Part shown: one piece after another, positions 8,720-19,200 of the stretch
How the letters are laid out: every line of letters starts with the position of its first letter
How positions within the stretch are numbered: position 1 is the stretch's first letter
Source of the DNA: an uncultured Clostridia bacterium
GTDB lineage: Bacteria > Bacillota > Clostridia > Christensenellales > UBA1242
Assembly (NCBI GenBank): GCA_949878595.1
Contig: CATLBG010000003.1
Span: 1-39,246 of the forward strand
Direction of reading: 5' to 3'
Length of the DNA stretch: 39,246 bases
Notes under the pieces: generated by a model
Databases searched by the model: none
Told to the model about the DNA's origin: nothing
What the model saw: only the letters and a program-made list of their open reading frames with translations
Program-made: the position numbers and the translations under genes

Positions 8720-10207
8720 TTATTTTACAATATTTCTTCTAGCATTGACAAATGAAATTAGTAGAAAAATGATAAATGCAATCCCAAAACCACCTAAAAA
8801 GGCATATAAAATGTATAGCATCACCTCATTTATGCCATTGTTTTTAACTGAAACCTCAACAACTTCAGAAAATTCATTAATTATTGAATCTCCTATCTTT
8901 TTGCCTGATGAAGTAGCAATTATGTTTGTTTTTCCCTTTTTTAAGGCTTTAACCTTAACATAATAAATGTTTCGTTCACTGTTATATTCAACCTCTTCAA
9001 CAGATGCAACATTTTTATCCTCTGAATAAAATGAAACCGATGTGTTTGCAACAAAATCTTCTGACATTTTAAATTGAAAAATTAATATTTCATTTTTGTT
9101 TAAAGTATAGGCTGATTCTGTGAAAATTCCAAAGGTAAAGTTTGTGACTATTATGCTTTGACCTGCCGTGAAAACATTGATTGGTTTTGTTTGTCCGGCT
9201 TTTTGTTCATCTAACTTAAAACTAATTAAACATGAACCAATAGTATCAAAATATATTGTATCTCCAATATTCACAGTATAAGAGGCTTTTCCACTAGGCT
9301 TAACTGTAATTGTCAATGCGAATTTATTATTTTGGCTTCCACCAAGAAGAATGTTTGTTTTTCCTACATAAATATAAGAAAATATATCAGGCATTGAAGT
9401 TAGCTTATAGCTAGTGTTTGTGTAAACTTTTCTTAGACTATCCGCAAAACTTGCCTTAAATGAATAGTAGCAATAATTTAAACTCTTGACAAATGATGTC
9501 TTTTCTGATGTTCTTGCAGATGCATATACATCATAAAACGAAAGCGTGTCAGTTGAAATAGATTGAATTAAATCACCGCTTGAGGTTCCTGTTCCTGGAA
9601 TATTTGAACTTTTTCTATAGCTAATTTCCATTATATTTAAAGCAATTTCACTTGCACCACTGAAACTTTTTTTTGCATCATCATAAACAAGTTCTAACTT
9701 CTTCCAGCCATACTTACCTTGAAGAGAACCCATTAAATCGTAAAGTGGTTCATAGTCATATTCCCACTCAATTTTTTGACCAGACGAATTTGTGAAAGCA
9801 ATTGTGAATTTATAAAAGTTTTCATATGGGTCATCTGGAAAATAGAGCCACATAAATATTGACGTTCCACTATTTATTGTGAATTCATTAACCCTATATA
9901 TTTTTGAAACCTGATTGATTGAATCTGCTTCCGGAGTTACTGCAACGCCTTCCATTGGCTTTCTATTATCTGGGTCAAACGGAGTTTGAGTTTCACTAAT
10001 TTCTTTTATTGTATTAATGTTAGTTGTATTTGCAAGTTCCGTTTTATCTGTGCTGACGATTGTTTGTTTTAAGCTAACATCTTCTGCATGTGCAAAAGAT
10101 GAGCTATTTTTGTTTATCATAAAAACTGGCATGAGAAAACCCAGCCCCAAACACAAGCTGAGAACAAAACATAATATTTTTTTTGTTATATGTTTTCTAT
10201 TTTCCAG
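8720..10207 (-). CDS. exported protein with Ig-like (Big_2-like) domain and C-terminal TM anchor; probable CTG start at 10207
   Basis: Frame is open from CTG at 10207 behind SD GGGGAG, giving a signal peptide ending AHA-E; SEDKNVASV...ALKKGKTNIIATS motif; C-terminal hydrophobic helix then RRNIVK. Confidence 0.7.
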   Translation of the reverse strand: MENRKHITKKILCFVLSLCLGLGFLMPVFMINKNSSSFAHAEDVSLKQTIVSTDKTELANTTNINTIKEISETQTPFDPDNRKPMEGVAVTPEADSINQVSKIYRVNEFTINSGTSIFMWLYFPDDPYENFYKFTIAFTNSSGQKIEWEYDYEPLYDLMGSLQGKYGWKKLELVYDDAKKSFSGASEIALNIMEISYRKSSNIPGTGTSSGDLIQSISTDTLSFYDVYASARTSEKTSFVKSLNYCYYSFKASFADSLRKVYTNTSYKLTSMPDIFSYIYVGKTNILLGGSQNNKFALTITVKPSGKASYTVNIGDTIYFDTIGSCLISFKLDEQKAGQTKPINVFTAGQSIIVTNFTFGIFTESAYTLNKNEILIFQFKMSEDFVANTSVSFYSEDKNVASVEEVEYNSERNIYYVKVKALKKGKTNIIATSSGKKIGDSIINEFSEVVEVSVKNNGINEVMLYILYAFLGGFGIAFIIFLLISFVNARRNIVK

Positions 10208-10860
10208 TTTATTTCTCCCCTATTATTTTTATTTAAAAATTCATTAGTCTTTTTGAAGTGGTCATTTCCAAAAAATCCTGCATAAGCTGACAATGGACTT
10301 GGGTGAGCAGAGGTTAAAACCAAGTGCTTGCTTTCATCAATAAGTGGTCTTTTGTTTATGGCATTTCTGCCCCACAAAATAAACACAACAGGTTTATCTT
10401 GTTTGCTGACTTCTTGAATTACTCTATCTGTAAACTTTTGCCAGCCAAAGCTCGAATGTGAATTTGCTTGATGTGCTCGAACCGTTAAAGTTGTGTTGAG
10501 CATAAGCACGCCTTGCTTTGACCAAGACATTAGATAACCATGATTTGGTGCGGGATAACCATATTCACTCTCAAGCTCTTTATAAATATTTTTTAAAGAT
10601 GGTGGCGGTTCTATTCCAGGCATAACAGAAAAACACATTCCATGAGCCTGACCCTCTTCATGATATGGGTCTTGACCAAGCAAAACCACTTTAACATTAT
10701 TGATGTCGCAATTTGTTAGAGCTGCAAAAATTTTTCCCTTTGGTGGATAAACTTTATATTTGTTATATTCTTCATCTACCTTAACCAAAAGCTCTTTAAA
10801 ATAATCTTTTTCAAACTCATCTTCTAAAACTTCGTCCCAGCCATTATTAAAAAATTTCAT
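10186..10860 (-). CDS. ung: uracil-DNA glycosylase
   Basis: GQDPYH, PPSLKNI and HPSPLS motifs. Confidence 0.97.
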   Translation of the reverse strand: MKFFNNGWDEVLEDEFEKDYFKELLVKVDEEYNKYKVYPPKGKIFAALTNCDINNVKVVLLGQDPYHEEGQAHGMCFSVMPGIEPPPSLKNIYKELESEYGYPAPNHGYLMSWSKQGVLMLNTTLTVRAHQANSHSSFGWQKFTDRVIQEVSKQDKPVVFILWGRNAINKRPLIDESKHLVLTSAHPSPLSAYAGFFGNDHFKKTNEFLNKNNRGEINWKIENI

Positions 10861-11016
10861 TAGCTCTCTCCTTAGTGTGGCTTAATTTGCCATTTTACAT
10901 TTATAAAATATAATTTTATTTTAACAAAATGCTAAAATTTTAGCAATTAAAAAACATTCATTAGTTTTTAGAATCCTAGAGATTATTGAACACTTGCTAA
11001 ATATTAGACATAAATC

Positions 11017-11096
11017 AAAAAAGTCTATGATTTCTCATAGACTTTTTTCTACCCCTTCTTAACAATTAACCCCAGCCCCCGTGCACACTCATTATA
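11017..11096 (-). ncRNA. candidate small RNA unit, copy 1 (extended -10, G-rich core, terminator)
   Basis: TGtTATAAT (hexamer at 11091-11096); core GGGGGCTGGGGTTAATTGTTAAGAAGGGG; terminator AAGTCTATGA-GAAA-TCATAGACTT-TTTT; no ORF. Confidence 0.45.
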
Positions 11097-11152
11097 ACAT
11101 GAAAAATGGGTTTTGTCTCGACGCCCTGCCAAAATTATTTAATTTTTATATT

Positions 11153-11258
11153 TCCATTCTGAGCTAAGTTAAAAAATCTCATCATTTATAAAAAACCATA
11201 CTAGTTTTTAAGCAGTGGAGATGTTTCGACGACGCCTTACAGGCTGCTCAACATGACA
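11153..11258. repeat. REP-like inverted pair (degenerate reverse copy 11153-11180, forward copy 11218-11258)
   Basis: CATTCTGAGC...AATCTC then GAGATGTTTCGAC-gacgccttacaggct-GCTCAACATGACA; same family as 12388, 30353 and 37314-37457. Confidence 0.75.
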
Positions 11259-11302
11259 ATAAAAATGAGGGTTAATACCCCTCTTTGAATTAAATTATCA
11301 AT

Positions 11303-11551
11303 TTATTTCTCTTCTATTTCTAAATTATTAAAATTGAAATATTCGCTATCAAAAAATTCTGACATAGTCAAACCTAATGCTCTAATAATTAAAGCCATAT
11401 TTGTAAAATTAGCAGTTTTATATTTACATTTCAAAATATCTGTCATGGTGCTTTGATACATACCAGTTTCCTGTGCCAACTTATATTGTGTCATATGCTT
11501 TTCTTTCAATACTTGTTTTACTCTTAATGCAAATGCTTCATTTAATTTCAT
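11303..11551 (-). CDS. XRE/Cro-CI helix-turn-helix regulator
   Basis: MTQYKLAQETGMYQSTMTDI...IIRALGLTMSEFF. Confidence 0.9.
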   Translation of the reverse strand: MKLNEAFALRVKQVLKEKHMTQYKLAQETGMYQSTMTDILKCKYKTANFTNMALIIRALGLTMSEFFDSEYFNFNNLEIEEK

Positions 11552-11701
11552 AAAAATTTTCCTTATACTTCGTTTTTCACTATATACATATTAGCTGAAA
11601 TATAATGTTTAACTATTTAAGGAAATCCCGAATATTTTGTTATAAATTTAATTAAATTGTGATATATTATATATAGAAAAGCCGAAATAAAGGAACTAAA
11701 T

Positions 11702-12352
11702 ATGAATTTAAAAGAAATAAAAGAAAATACAGTCTGTTTTACAGGGCACAGACCACAAAAACTGCCTTGGGGGTTTAAAGAAAAAGGGCGAAAGTTTAAG
11801 TTAGCGAAAAAAAACACATCATGGGCTATTGAAAAAGCGATTAAAAATGGTAAAAGACATTTTATAACTGGCATGGCTCTAGGTTTTGATATGATGTGTG
11901 CAGAAATTGTTTTGACACTAAAAAGAAAATATAATGATATTACTTTAGAATGTGCAATTCCTTGCAAGGTTCAAGAAAAAGCATGGAAAAAAGAACAACA
12001 GGTTAGATACCACAAAATTTTGAAACAAGCAGACAAAATTAGATGTGTGTTTGACCAGTATGTTGACGGATGTATGCAAGAAAGAAATAAATATATGGTG
12101 GATTCTTCTTCCCTAGTGATTGCACTATTTGACGGAAATGCAGGTGGAACAAAACAAACTATTGAATATGCCAAAGAGCAAGGCTTAGAGGTTATTATAA
12201 TAAATCCACAAACCAATGAAAATTTATTTGATAAATATATTGATTGGCTTATTAGGCAATATTTTGCAAATAATAAGCCAACCAAAGAAGAAATTGAAAA
12301 GCATAAAAAAGAGGTTTTAGAAGAAATTGAGAATAAAAAAAAGCTAAACTAG
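11702..12352 (+). CDS. SLOG-superfamily protein (YspA/DUF1273-like)
   Basis: CFTGHRPQKL, FITGMALGFD, RNKYMVDSS and GGTKQT motifs. Confidence 0.85.
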   Translation: MNLKEIKENTVCFTGHRPQKLPWGFKEKGRKFKLAKKNTSWAIEKAIKNGKRHFITGMALGFDMMCAEIVLTLKRKYNDITLECAIPCKVQEKAWKKEQQVRYHKILKQADKIRCVFDQYVDGCMQERNKYMVDSSSLVIALFDGNAGGTKQTIEYAKEQGLEVIIINPQTNENLFDKYIDWLIRQYFANNKPTKEEIEKHKKEVLEEIENKKKLN

Positions 12353-12387
12353 CTTTTTTTTATAATAATTTACATTTTTCTAAGGTT

Positions 12388-12431
12388 GAGATTCTTCAAC
12401 AACGGGCACAAGTGTCCTGCTCAGAATGACT
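12388..12431 (+). repeat. REP-like copy
   Basis: GAGATTCTTCAAC-aacgggcacaagtgtcct-GCTCAGAATGAC. Confidence 0.75.
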
Positions 12432-12513
12432 TTATCTCTTTGCTTGCTAAATGTTAAAAATTGCGTGCAGATGAAAAAACAATAAAAAAACAAGGTATAA
12501 ACCTTGTTTCTTT

Positions 12514-12921
12514 TTATCTCTTTGAGAATTGTGGAGCCTTTCTAGCTTTCTTAAGACCGTATTTCTTTCTCTCTTTCATTCTTGGGTCACGAGTAAGGAG
12601 CCCTGCTGATTTGATAGATGCTTTATATGTTTCATTTGAAAGAACTAAGCCTCTAGCAATTGCATGACGACAAGCACCAGCTTGTCCTGAAAGTCCACCA
12701 CCTGTAACAGTGATTTCAATATCAAATTTATCTGCTGCTTCAACAAGTGTAAGAGCTGTTTTAACTTCATTTTGAAGAAGTTCTGATTTGAAATATTCAC
12801 CAAGTGGCTTTTTGTTTATAACGATGTTGCCAGTGCCAGCAGCAACTCTAGCTCTTGCAATGGCTTTTTTTCTTCTACCGGTTGCCCAGATTTTTTCGTT
12901 TTTTGCAGTTTTCTTTGCCAT
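12514..12921 (-). CDS. rpsI: 30S ribosomal protein S9
   Basis: TGRRKKAIAR, GGGLSGQAGA, C-terminal KAPQFSKR. Confidence 0.98.
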   Translation of the reverse strand: MAKKTAKNEKIWATGRRKKAIARARVAAGTGNIVINKKPLGEYFKSELLQNEVKTALTLVEAADKFDIEITVTGGGLSGQAGACRHAIARGLVLSNETYKASIKSAGLLTRDPRMKERKKYGLKKARKAPQFSKR

Positions 12922-12927
12922 AATCTA

Positions 12928-13368
12928 TTATCTTCTCCCTTCTAAATTTAAAACTTCTGGTTTTTGAGCTTGTTGCTCATACTTCTCATCTTTGTATACA
13001 CGAAGATTTGTAAGCATTCTTCTTCCGAGAGAATTTTTTGGAAGCATCTTTTTAACTGCTTGCATAACAGCTTTGTCTGATTGTTCTCTCATGAGTGTTT
13101 TGTATTGGATTTCTTTTAGTCCACCAATGTAGCCTGTGTGATAACGATAATATTTGTCTTCAAGTTTGTTGCCAGTTAAAACTACTTTGTCTGTGTTGAT
13201 GATAATAACATGATCACCACAAAGCTGATTTGGTGTGAACTCTGGCTTGTTTTTGCCGCGAAGAACTGCAGCAACTTGGCTAGCCAATCTGCCAAGAGGC
13301 ATACCTGTTGCATCAACAAGATACCATTTAGTTGACTTTTCTTCTGCTTTTTGCATAAATGTTTTCAT
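12928..13368 (-). CDS. rplM: 50S ribosomal protein L13
   Basis: WYLVDATG..LGRLAS, GKNKPEFTP, YYRYHTGYIGG. Confidence 0.98.
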   Translation of the reverse strand: MKTFMQKAEEKSTKWYLVDATGMPLGRLASQVAAVLRGKNKPEFTPNQLCGDHVIIINTDKVVLTGNKLEDKYYRYHTGYIGGLKEIQYKTLMREQSDKAVMQAVKKMLPKNSLGRRMLTNLRVYKDEKYEQQAQKPEVLNLEGRR

Positions 13369-13397
13369 CTTTTTTTACCTTTTTTAATATATTTTTT

Positions 13398-13474
13398 TGC
13401 GAACTATCGGGAAAAATGGACATTCTCCCAATCCTATGCTCGTATATTTTATATCAAATAAACTTTCTTGTCAA
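13398..13474 (-). promoter_or_regulatory. rplM promoter and structured 5' leader (probable L13 autoregulatory leader)
   Basis: TTGACA-17-TAAAAT (13474-13446); leader can fold CGAGC/GTTCG and TTGGGAGAAT/ATTTTTCCCGA. Confidence 0.6.
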
Positions 13475-13548
13475 TAATTTTATTATATTTTATTAAAGAA
13501 AATATTTAAATTCTAAGTTTATATAGACCAAATTATTTTTTAAATATA

Positions 13549-13577
13549 TTGACACTACTTTTCCATTATTGTATAAT
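13549..13577 (+). promoter_or_regulatory. perfect consensus sigma70/A promoter
   Basis: TTGACA-17 nt-TATAAT upstream of 13631. Confidence 0.85.
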
Positions 13578-13630
13578 TGAATCAGTTATTTTTATAACTA
13601 ATTATAACTAAAAATTATTAGGAGAAATTT

Positions 13631-14890
13631 ATGACAGGTGCGAGTGTAAGAGATAAATTTGAAGATTTTTTCTCAAATTTAGGAGAAAAATTTGCTGAAT
13701 TTGGAGAAAAAATTAAAGATGGCTTTATAGCTTTTAAAGACAAAACTGTTGAAGTTGCTGGAAACATAAAGGATAAGCTTTCTGAATTTGGAAGTGCCGC
13801 AAAAGATAAGCTTTCTGAATTTGGCAGTGCTGCAAAAGATAAACTTGCTGAATTTGGCAGTGCTGCAAAAGACTGGTTTTGTAACCTTAAGGACAAGGCT
13901 GCTGCAAAATTTGCTCAAATGAAAGAAAATTTTCCTGAAAAATGGGAAAATTTGAAAGAATCTTTAAAAAATAAACTAGGGGCATTAAAAGATAAACTAG
14001 GAAGACAAAAAGAAAAGATTTCTGCATATCTTCAAGAAATGAAGAAAAGAAGAGAACAAAAGCGTGAGGCTGCAAATAGTTCTGATATGATTGAAGCTAA
14101 AGCTGCTGCAAAAGCTGCTAAAATTAAAGATAAAGCTGCTAAGCGTGAAGCAAATGCTGCTAGAATGAAAGACAAAGCTGCTAAACAAGAACTAAAAGCA
14201 CAAAAACGTGCAGATAGAGCTGCTGACCTCGCTGCTAGACGTGAACAAAGAGAAGAAGACCTTGCTGCAAGAAGAAATGCTAGTTCATATTCTGTAGATG
14301 TTGCTGGAACATATGAAAATGAAGATGAAAATGAATATGCTTCTACTAGAAATATTACAAAAGACAAAACAAGACCAATATCTCGTGCTGATTTAGCTGC
14401 TGCATTAAAAGATCCTGATTTCCAAAGAGCTTTTTCTAATCTTCCAAACATTGTTAATTCAAGCAACCAAAGAAAAAATAAAGCAATAGATGACCAAATG
14501 CTTAATGACTATTTGCAAAATGGTGGAAACACAAGTATTTCAAATGATAACTCAGTTACTAACACTAACTCAAACAATATAACAAATTCAAACAACACAA
14601 CAAATATCATTTATAATGTATTCCCTCCTGAACTCCTTGAACAGCTTATGAATAATCCTGATCTTATCAAAAAACTAGTAGCTGATGGTTCACTATCACC
14701 AAAACAAAGAGATATTGCAAGACAGGTTTATTTGCAGAGTAAACAACCAGACATTATGAGAAATGAAGGCATAAGTGATGAAAAAGATGTTCACATTTAT
14801 AAAGAAGGTGAAAACAATGTTAAATTTAAACATGATGTTCATATTACCAAAGCTGGTGAAGAAAATAACTATGACATTCAATTGGATTAA
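13631..14890 (+). CDS. orphan protein: amphipathic 11-mer repeats, charged helix, Asn-rich segment
   Basis: 419-aa ORF with SD AGGAGA and consensus promoter; KDKL(S/A)EFGSAA x3. Confidence 0.75.
   Translation: MTGASVRDKFEDFFSNLGEKFAEFGEKIKDGFIAFKDKTVEVAGNIKDKLSEFGSAAKDKLSEFGSAAKDKLAEFGSAAKDWFCNLKDKAAAKFAQMKENFPEKWENLKESLKNKLGALKDKLGRQKEKISAYLQEMKKRREQKREAANSSDMIEAKAAAKAAKIKDKAAKREANAARMKDKAAKQELKAQKRADRAADLAARREQREEDLAARRNASSYSVDVAGTYENEDENEYASTRNITKDKTRPISRADLAAALKDPDFQRAFSNLPNIVNSSNQRKNKAIDDQMLNDYLQNGGNTSISNDNSVTNTNSNNITNSNNTTNIIYNVFPPELLEQLMNNPDLIKKLVADGSLSPKQRDIARQVYLQSKQPDIMRNEGISDEKDVHIYKEGENNVKFKHDVHITKAGEENNYDIQLD
13768..13866 (+). repeat. 3 x 33-bp tandem repeat (11-aa unit)
   Basis: AAARGATAARCTTKCTGAATTTGGMAGTGCYGC at 13768, 13801 and 13834. 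Confidence 0.9.
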
Positions 14891-14910
14891 AAATTAAGGA
14901 GAAAAATAAT

Positions 14911-15288
14911 ATGTCAGATAAAATTGAATTTACAGAAGATGAAGATGATCTTTTACGAGTGCTTGATGGATATGAAATTGTTCATGATGCATTAGCTTAT
15001 TCAGAAATGATTGACTTGCTTCCAGATGACCCATCTCCTCTTCTTGATAGAATTGAAAGAGAAATTCCTGAAGATCCAGTTCAAAAAATCAACAAACTTG
15101 TTGAACTTGCCAAAACAGATGTAGAATTTTTTAATCAATATTTTGCCCTTCAGGTTTTATTAAAAGAAGAAGGGTTTGAAGAGAAAGAAGATTCTAAAAT
15201 TGAAAAGATTGATTCAGATGCAATTAAAAAAGCAAAAGAAGATGAGCTTTATGCACAAGTTTTACAGAAGCTTAAAGAAGTTAAGTAA
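14911..15288 (+). CDS. acidic hypothetical protein co-transcribed with 13631..14890
   Basis: SD AAGGAG, 20-nt gap, shared terminator. Confidence 0.7.
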   Translation: MSDKIEFTEDEDDLLRVLDGYEIVHDALAYSEMIDLLPDDPSPLLDRIEREIPEDPVQKINKLVELAKTDVEFFNQYFALQVLLKEEGFEEKEDSKIEKIDSDAIKKAKEDELYAQVLQKLKEVK

Positions 15289-15300
15289 ATTATTATTATT

Positions 15301-15337
15301 AAAAAAGCACTACAAATTTAATTGTAGTGCTTTTTTT
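15301..15337. terminator. bidirectional terminator
   Basis: AAAAAAGCACTACAA-ATTTAA-TTGTAGTGCTTTTTTT. Confidence 0.85.
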
Positions 15338-15349
15338 ACATTTTTAATT

Positions 15350-16090
15350 TTATTTGTACTCAACACTTTTTAGCAAAAGTGCTTTAGCTGGCATGGTTTT
15401 TCCTGCTCTTGAACGATCTTCTGAGGCTATCACTTTTGAAATATCACTTGGTTCTAGTTTGCCATAGCCAACTTGAACTATTGTTCCAAAGATTATTCTG
15501 ACCATATTATAAAGAAAACCGTCACCAGTAATTTCAAAAGCGTATAGTCCACCACCTACCTCTTTTATGTGAGCATCAAAAATGGTTCTCACAAAGTTTG
15601 TTTTTCCACTCTTTCTTGAAACAAAAGATCTAAAGTCATGAGTGCCAACAAACTCATGACATGCCTGTTTCATTTTTTCTAAGTTTGCATAGTCATTAAC
15701 CCTGACTGCCATTTCATCAAAAAGTGGGTGCGAAAATGCTGAAATATAGAAAAAATACATATAAGTTTTTTTCTTGGCATTAAACCTTGAATCAAAATCT
15801 TCGCTAACCAGCTTAACCTCTCTCACGCTAACATCTTCTGGCAAGAGTGCATTGAGACTTGCAAGCAGTTTTTTCTCATTAATTTCAACTTTTGTTTCAA
15901 AATGACAAACTTGAGCAAGAGCTGAAACTCCTGCATCGGTTCTGCCACTGGCATAAATTCGAACTTTTTCTTTAAGCAAAAATGAAAGTGATTTTTCAAG
16001 TTCTTCTTGAATAGTTCTCTTTTCTGGCTGAATTTGAAATCCACTAAAGTTTTTGCCGTTATAACTAACAATTAATTTAACTCTTTTCAT
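15350..16090 (-). CDS. truA: tRNA pseudouridine(38-40) synthase
   Basis: YNGKNFSGFQ, ASGRTDAGV, GFLYNMVR; start re-set to ATG 16090. Confidence 0.95.
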   Translation of the reverse strand: MKRVKLIVSYNGKNFSGFQIQPEKRTIQEELEKSLSFLLKEKVRIYASGRTDAGVSALAQVCHFETKVEINEKKLLASLNALLPEDVSVREVKLVSEDFDSRFNAKKKTYMYFFYISAFSHPLFDEMAVRVNDYANLEKMKQACHEFVGTHDFRSFVSRKSGKTNFVRTIFDAHIKEVGGGLYAFEITGDGFLYNMVRIIFGTIVQVGYGKLEPSDISKVIASEDRSRAGKTMPAKALLLKSVEYK

Positions 16091-16096
16091 AAAATG

Positions 16097-16125
16097 ACTA
16101 TAGCACAAATAAGAAAAATTTTCAA
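16097..16125 (-). promoter_or_regulatory. truA promoter placed for a leaderless mRNA
   Basis: TTGAAA-17-TATAGT, then 6 nt, then ATG; no SD. Confidence 0.6.
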
Positions 16126-16221
16126 TTAGATAACGCAAAAACAAATTATTTCTTATTGACTTGATGACTTAATAATTCTATAATTAACAAGGTAAAACAA
16201 AAATTTTTATTGGAGAAATTT

Positions 16222-19200
16222 ATGAAAAATGAAAAACATGTAACCATTGATGGCAACACAGCCGCTGCCAGCATGGCATATCTTTTAAGCGACCTTGCAA
16301 TGATTTATCCTATCACCCCATCATCACCTATGGCAGAAAATATTGATGCGTGGGCAGCCAAGGGCAAAAAAAATATTTTTGGAAAGATAGTTGAAGTAAC
16401 TGAAATGCAGAGCGAAGGTGGTGCAGCAGGTGCCCTTCATGGAGCACTAACAGCAGGTGCAAGAGCCACAACCTTTACAAGCTCACAAGGATTGCTTTTG
16501 ATGATTCCTAATATGTATAAAATTGCAGGGGAACTCTTGCCATGTGTTATTCACGTTGCTGCAAGAACAATCGCAACTCATGCTCTTTCTATTTTTGGTG
16601 ACCACAGCGATATTATGGCAGTTAGACAAACTGGCTTTGCTATGGCAGCATCATCTAGTGTGCAAGAAGCTCAAGATATGGCACTTGCAACTCACCTTGC
16701 AACCAATATTGCGAAAATTCCCTTTATTCATTTTTTTGATGGTTTTAGAACATCACATGAAGTAAACACAATAACAGAAATCAGTGAATCTGATGTTAAA
16801 GCACTCGCTAATAAATATGGAAACATTTATGAAAGAATAAATGAATTCACTCCATCTAACCCTATTCAAAAAGGAACAAACCAAGGCGAAGACATATTTT
16901 TCCAAAACAGAGAGGCTGGAAACAAATGGACAGAAGCTGTTCCTGAAATATTTGAAAATGTTCTTGCTGATATTACAAAAATTACTGGAAGAAAATATAA
17001 ACTATTTGAATATTATGGAGCCAAAGATGCAACAAATGTTATTGTTATTATGGGAAGCGGTGCAGACACCACTATTCAAACAGTAGAAAAACTTGCAGCT
17101 CTTGGTGAAAAAGTTGGTGTAATTAAAGTTAGACTTTATAGACCATTCGACTCAGCTAGATTTGTCAAAGTACTTCCTAAAACAGTTAAAACAATCACTA
17201 TTCTTGATAGAACTAAAGAAAATGGTGCAACCTTTGAACCACTTGCAGAAGATGTTATCTCAGCCCTAGCAGACCAAGATGTTTCTGGAATCAAAGTGCT
17301 TGGTGGTAGATATGGCCTATCTTCAAAAGAGTTCACTCATGACAATGTTATTTCTGTTTTTGAAAATATGAAAATTAAAAAACCTAAAAATCACTTTACT
17401 ATTGGAATCAACGATGATGTAACTTTTACTTCTCTTCCAGAGAATAAGAGAAAAATTGATTTCTCAGACAAAAATATGGTTGAATGCAGATTCTATGGAC
17501 TTGGAAGTGATGGAACAGTTTCTGCCAACAAAAACAGTATTAAGATTATCAGCGAATATGCAGGTCTTTATGGACAAGGTTATTTTGTTTATGATAGTAA
17601 AAAGTCTGGTGGACTCACAACAAGCCACCTAAGAATGTCTAAAAAGCCAATAAATGCACCATATCTAACAGAATGCCCTGACTTTGTGGCTTGCCACAAC
17701 AAATCTTATGTTAAAAAGTATGATATGCTTAGCGAAATTAAGCAAGGTGGAACTTTCCTTTTGAATGCTCCTTGGACTGACGCAGAGCTTGAAAATGAAC
17801 TTCCTGCTTCGATGAAAAAATTTATTGCAGACAAGAAACTTAAATTCTATATTATTGACGCTGAAAAGATTGCTGAAGAAGTTGGACTTAACCGCAGAAT
17901 TAATGTTGTTATGCAAACTGCATTCTTTAAGCTTTCAAAAATTTTAGACGAAAAAACTGCTATTGCACATATTAAAACCGCAGCAGAAAAAACTTATGCA
18001 AGCAAGGGCGAAAAAGTCGTTCAAATGAATATTAATGCCATTGATAAATCTATTGGCGAACTTAGAGAAGTAAGCTATCCTGAGTCTTGGAGTGATGCAG
18101 TGGCTGAACCAACATTCAATGCATTTGACGACCCATATTATGTTAACTATATTCACCCTATTGAACTTAAACTTGGAAATGAGCTCCCTGTTTCTGCTTT
18201 CGACCCAAGTGGAAGTTCTCACACCGCAACAAGCCAATATGAAAAGAGAAATATTGCTTCGTTCCTTCCAAAATGGATTGCAGAAAATTGCATTCAATGC
18301 AACCAATGCTCTTTAGTTTGTCCACATGCAGTTATTAGACCTTATCTTGTTAAGTCTGACAGCAGCTTAGCTAAACAAGTGGGAGCTATTCCTGCAACTG
18401 GTGTTCCTGGATACTCTTTTAAAATTCAAATTTCTCCAAGAGATTGCACTGGCTGTGAAAACTGCGTTAAGGTTTGCCCAGCAATCAAAAAGGCACTTGA
18501 AATGGTTAAAGCTGAAGAAATTTTAGACAAAGAAGATAAACTTTATGCTAAACTTAAAAATGTAGAAAATCCTGAAACAATCTTTAAAAAAGAAACTGTT
18601 AAAGGTAGTCAATTTAAAAAACCACTATTTGAATTTTCTGGTGCTTGTGCTGGTTGTGGCGAAACACCATACCTTAAACTTTTAACTCAACTTTTTGGCG
18701 AAGAAATGATTGTTGCAAATGCAACAGGTTGCTCTAGCATATATTCTGGAACTGCCCCAACTTGCCCATACACAAAATCAAAAACAGGTTTTGGCCCAGC
18801 TTGGTCTAACAGTTTGTTTGAAGACAATGCAGAGTTTGGTCTTGGAATGAAAAAAGCTGTTGACAACAACAGAGCACATCTTAATGAAATTGTTGAATTT
18901 GCAATAGCAAACAAAGTTTATAGTCCTAAGTTTACTGAAAAACTCGAAACTTGGCTTGCTCAAGAAAAGAAAGATCAACTGCTTGCAACTGAAATTAAAA
19001 AAGAAATTTTAAAACTATTTGAAAAAGACAAAACAAATGAAACAACAAAAGCACTTTATGGCTATGTAGCTGCCCTATTTGAAACATCTGTTTGGATTAT
19101 TGGTGGTGACGGCTGGGCATATGACATTGACTATGGTGGACTTGACCACGTACTTGCAACAGGCGAAGATGTTAACATTTTAGTTCTTGACACAGAGGTT

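Noticed and set aside
14521-14617. AAC/AAT-rich stretch considered as the DGR template repeat
   Set aside because: Lacks the adenine-free anchors TGGTGGCTTCGTTCGCCT and GGGGTTTGTTTCGGC; it is simply an in-frame Asn/Thr-rich part of 13631..14890
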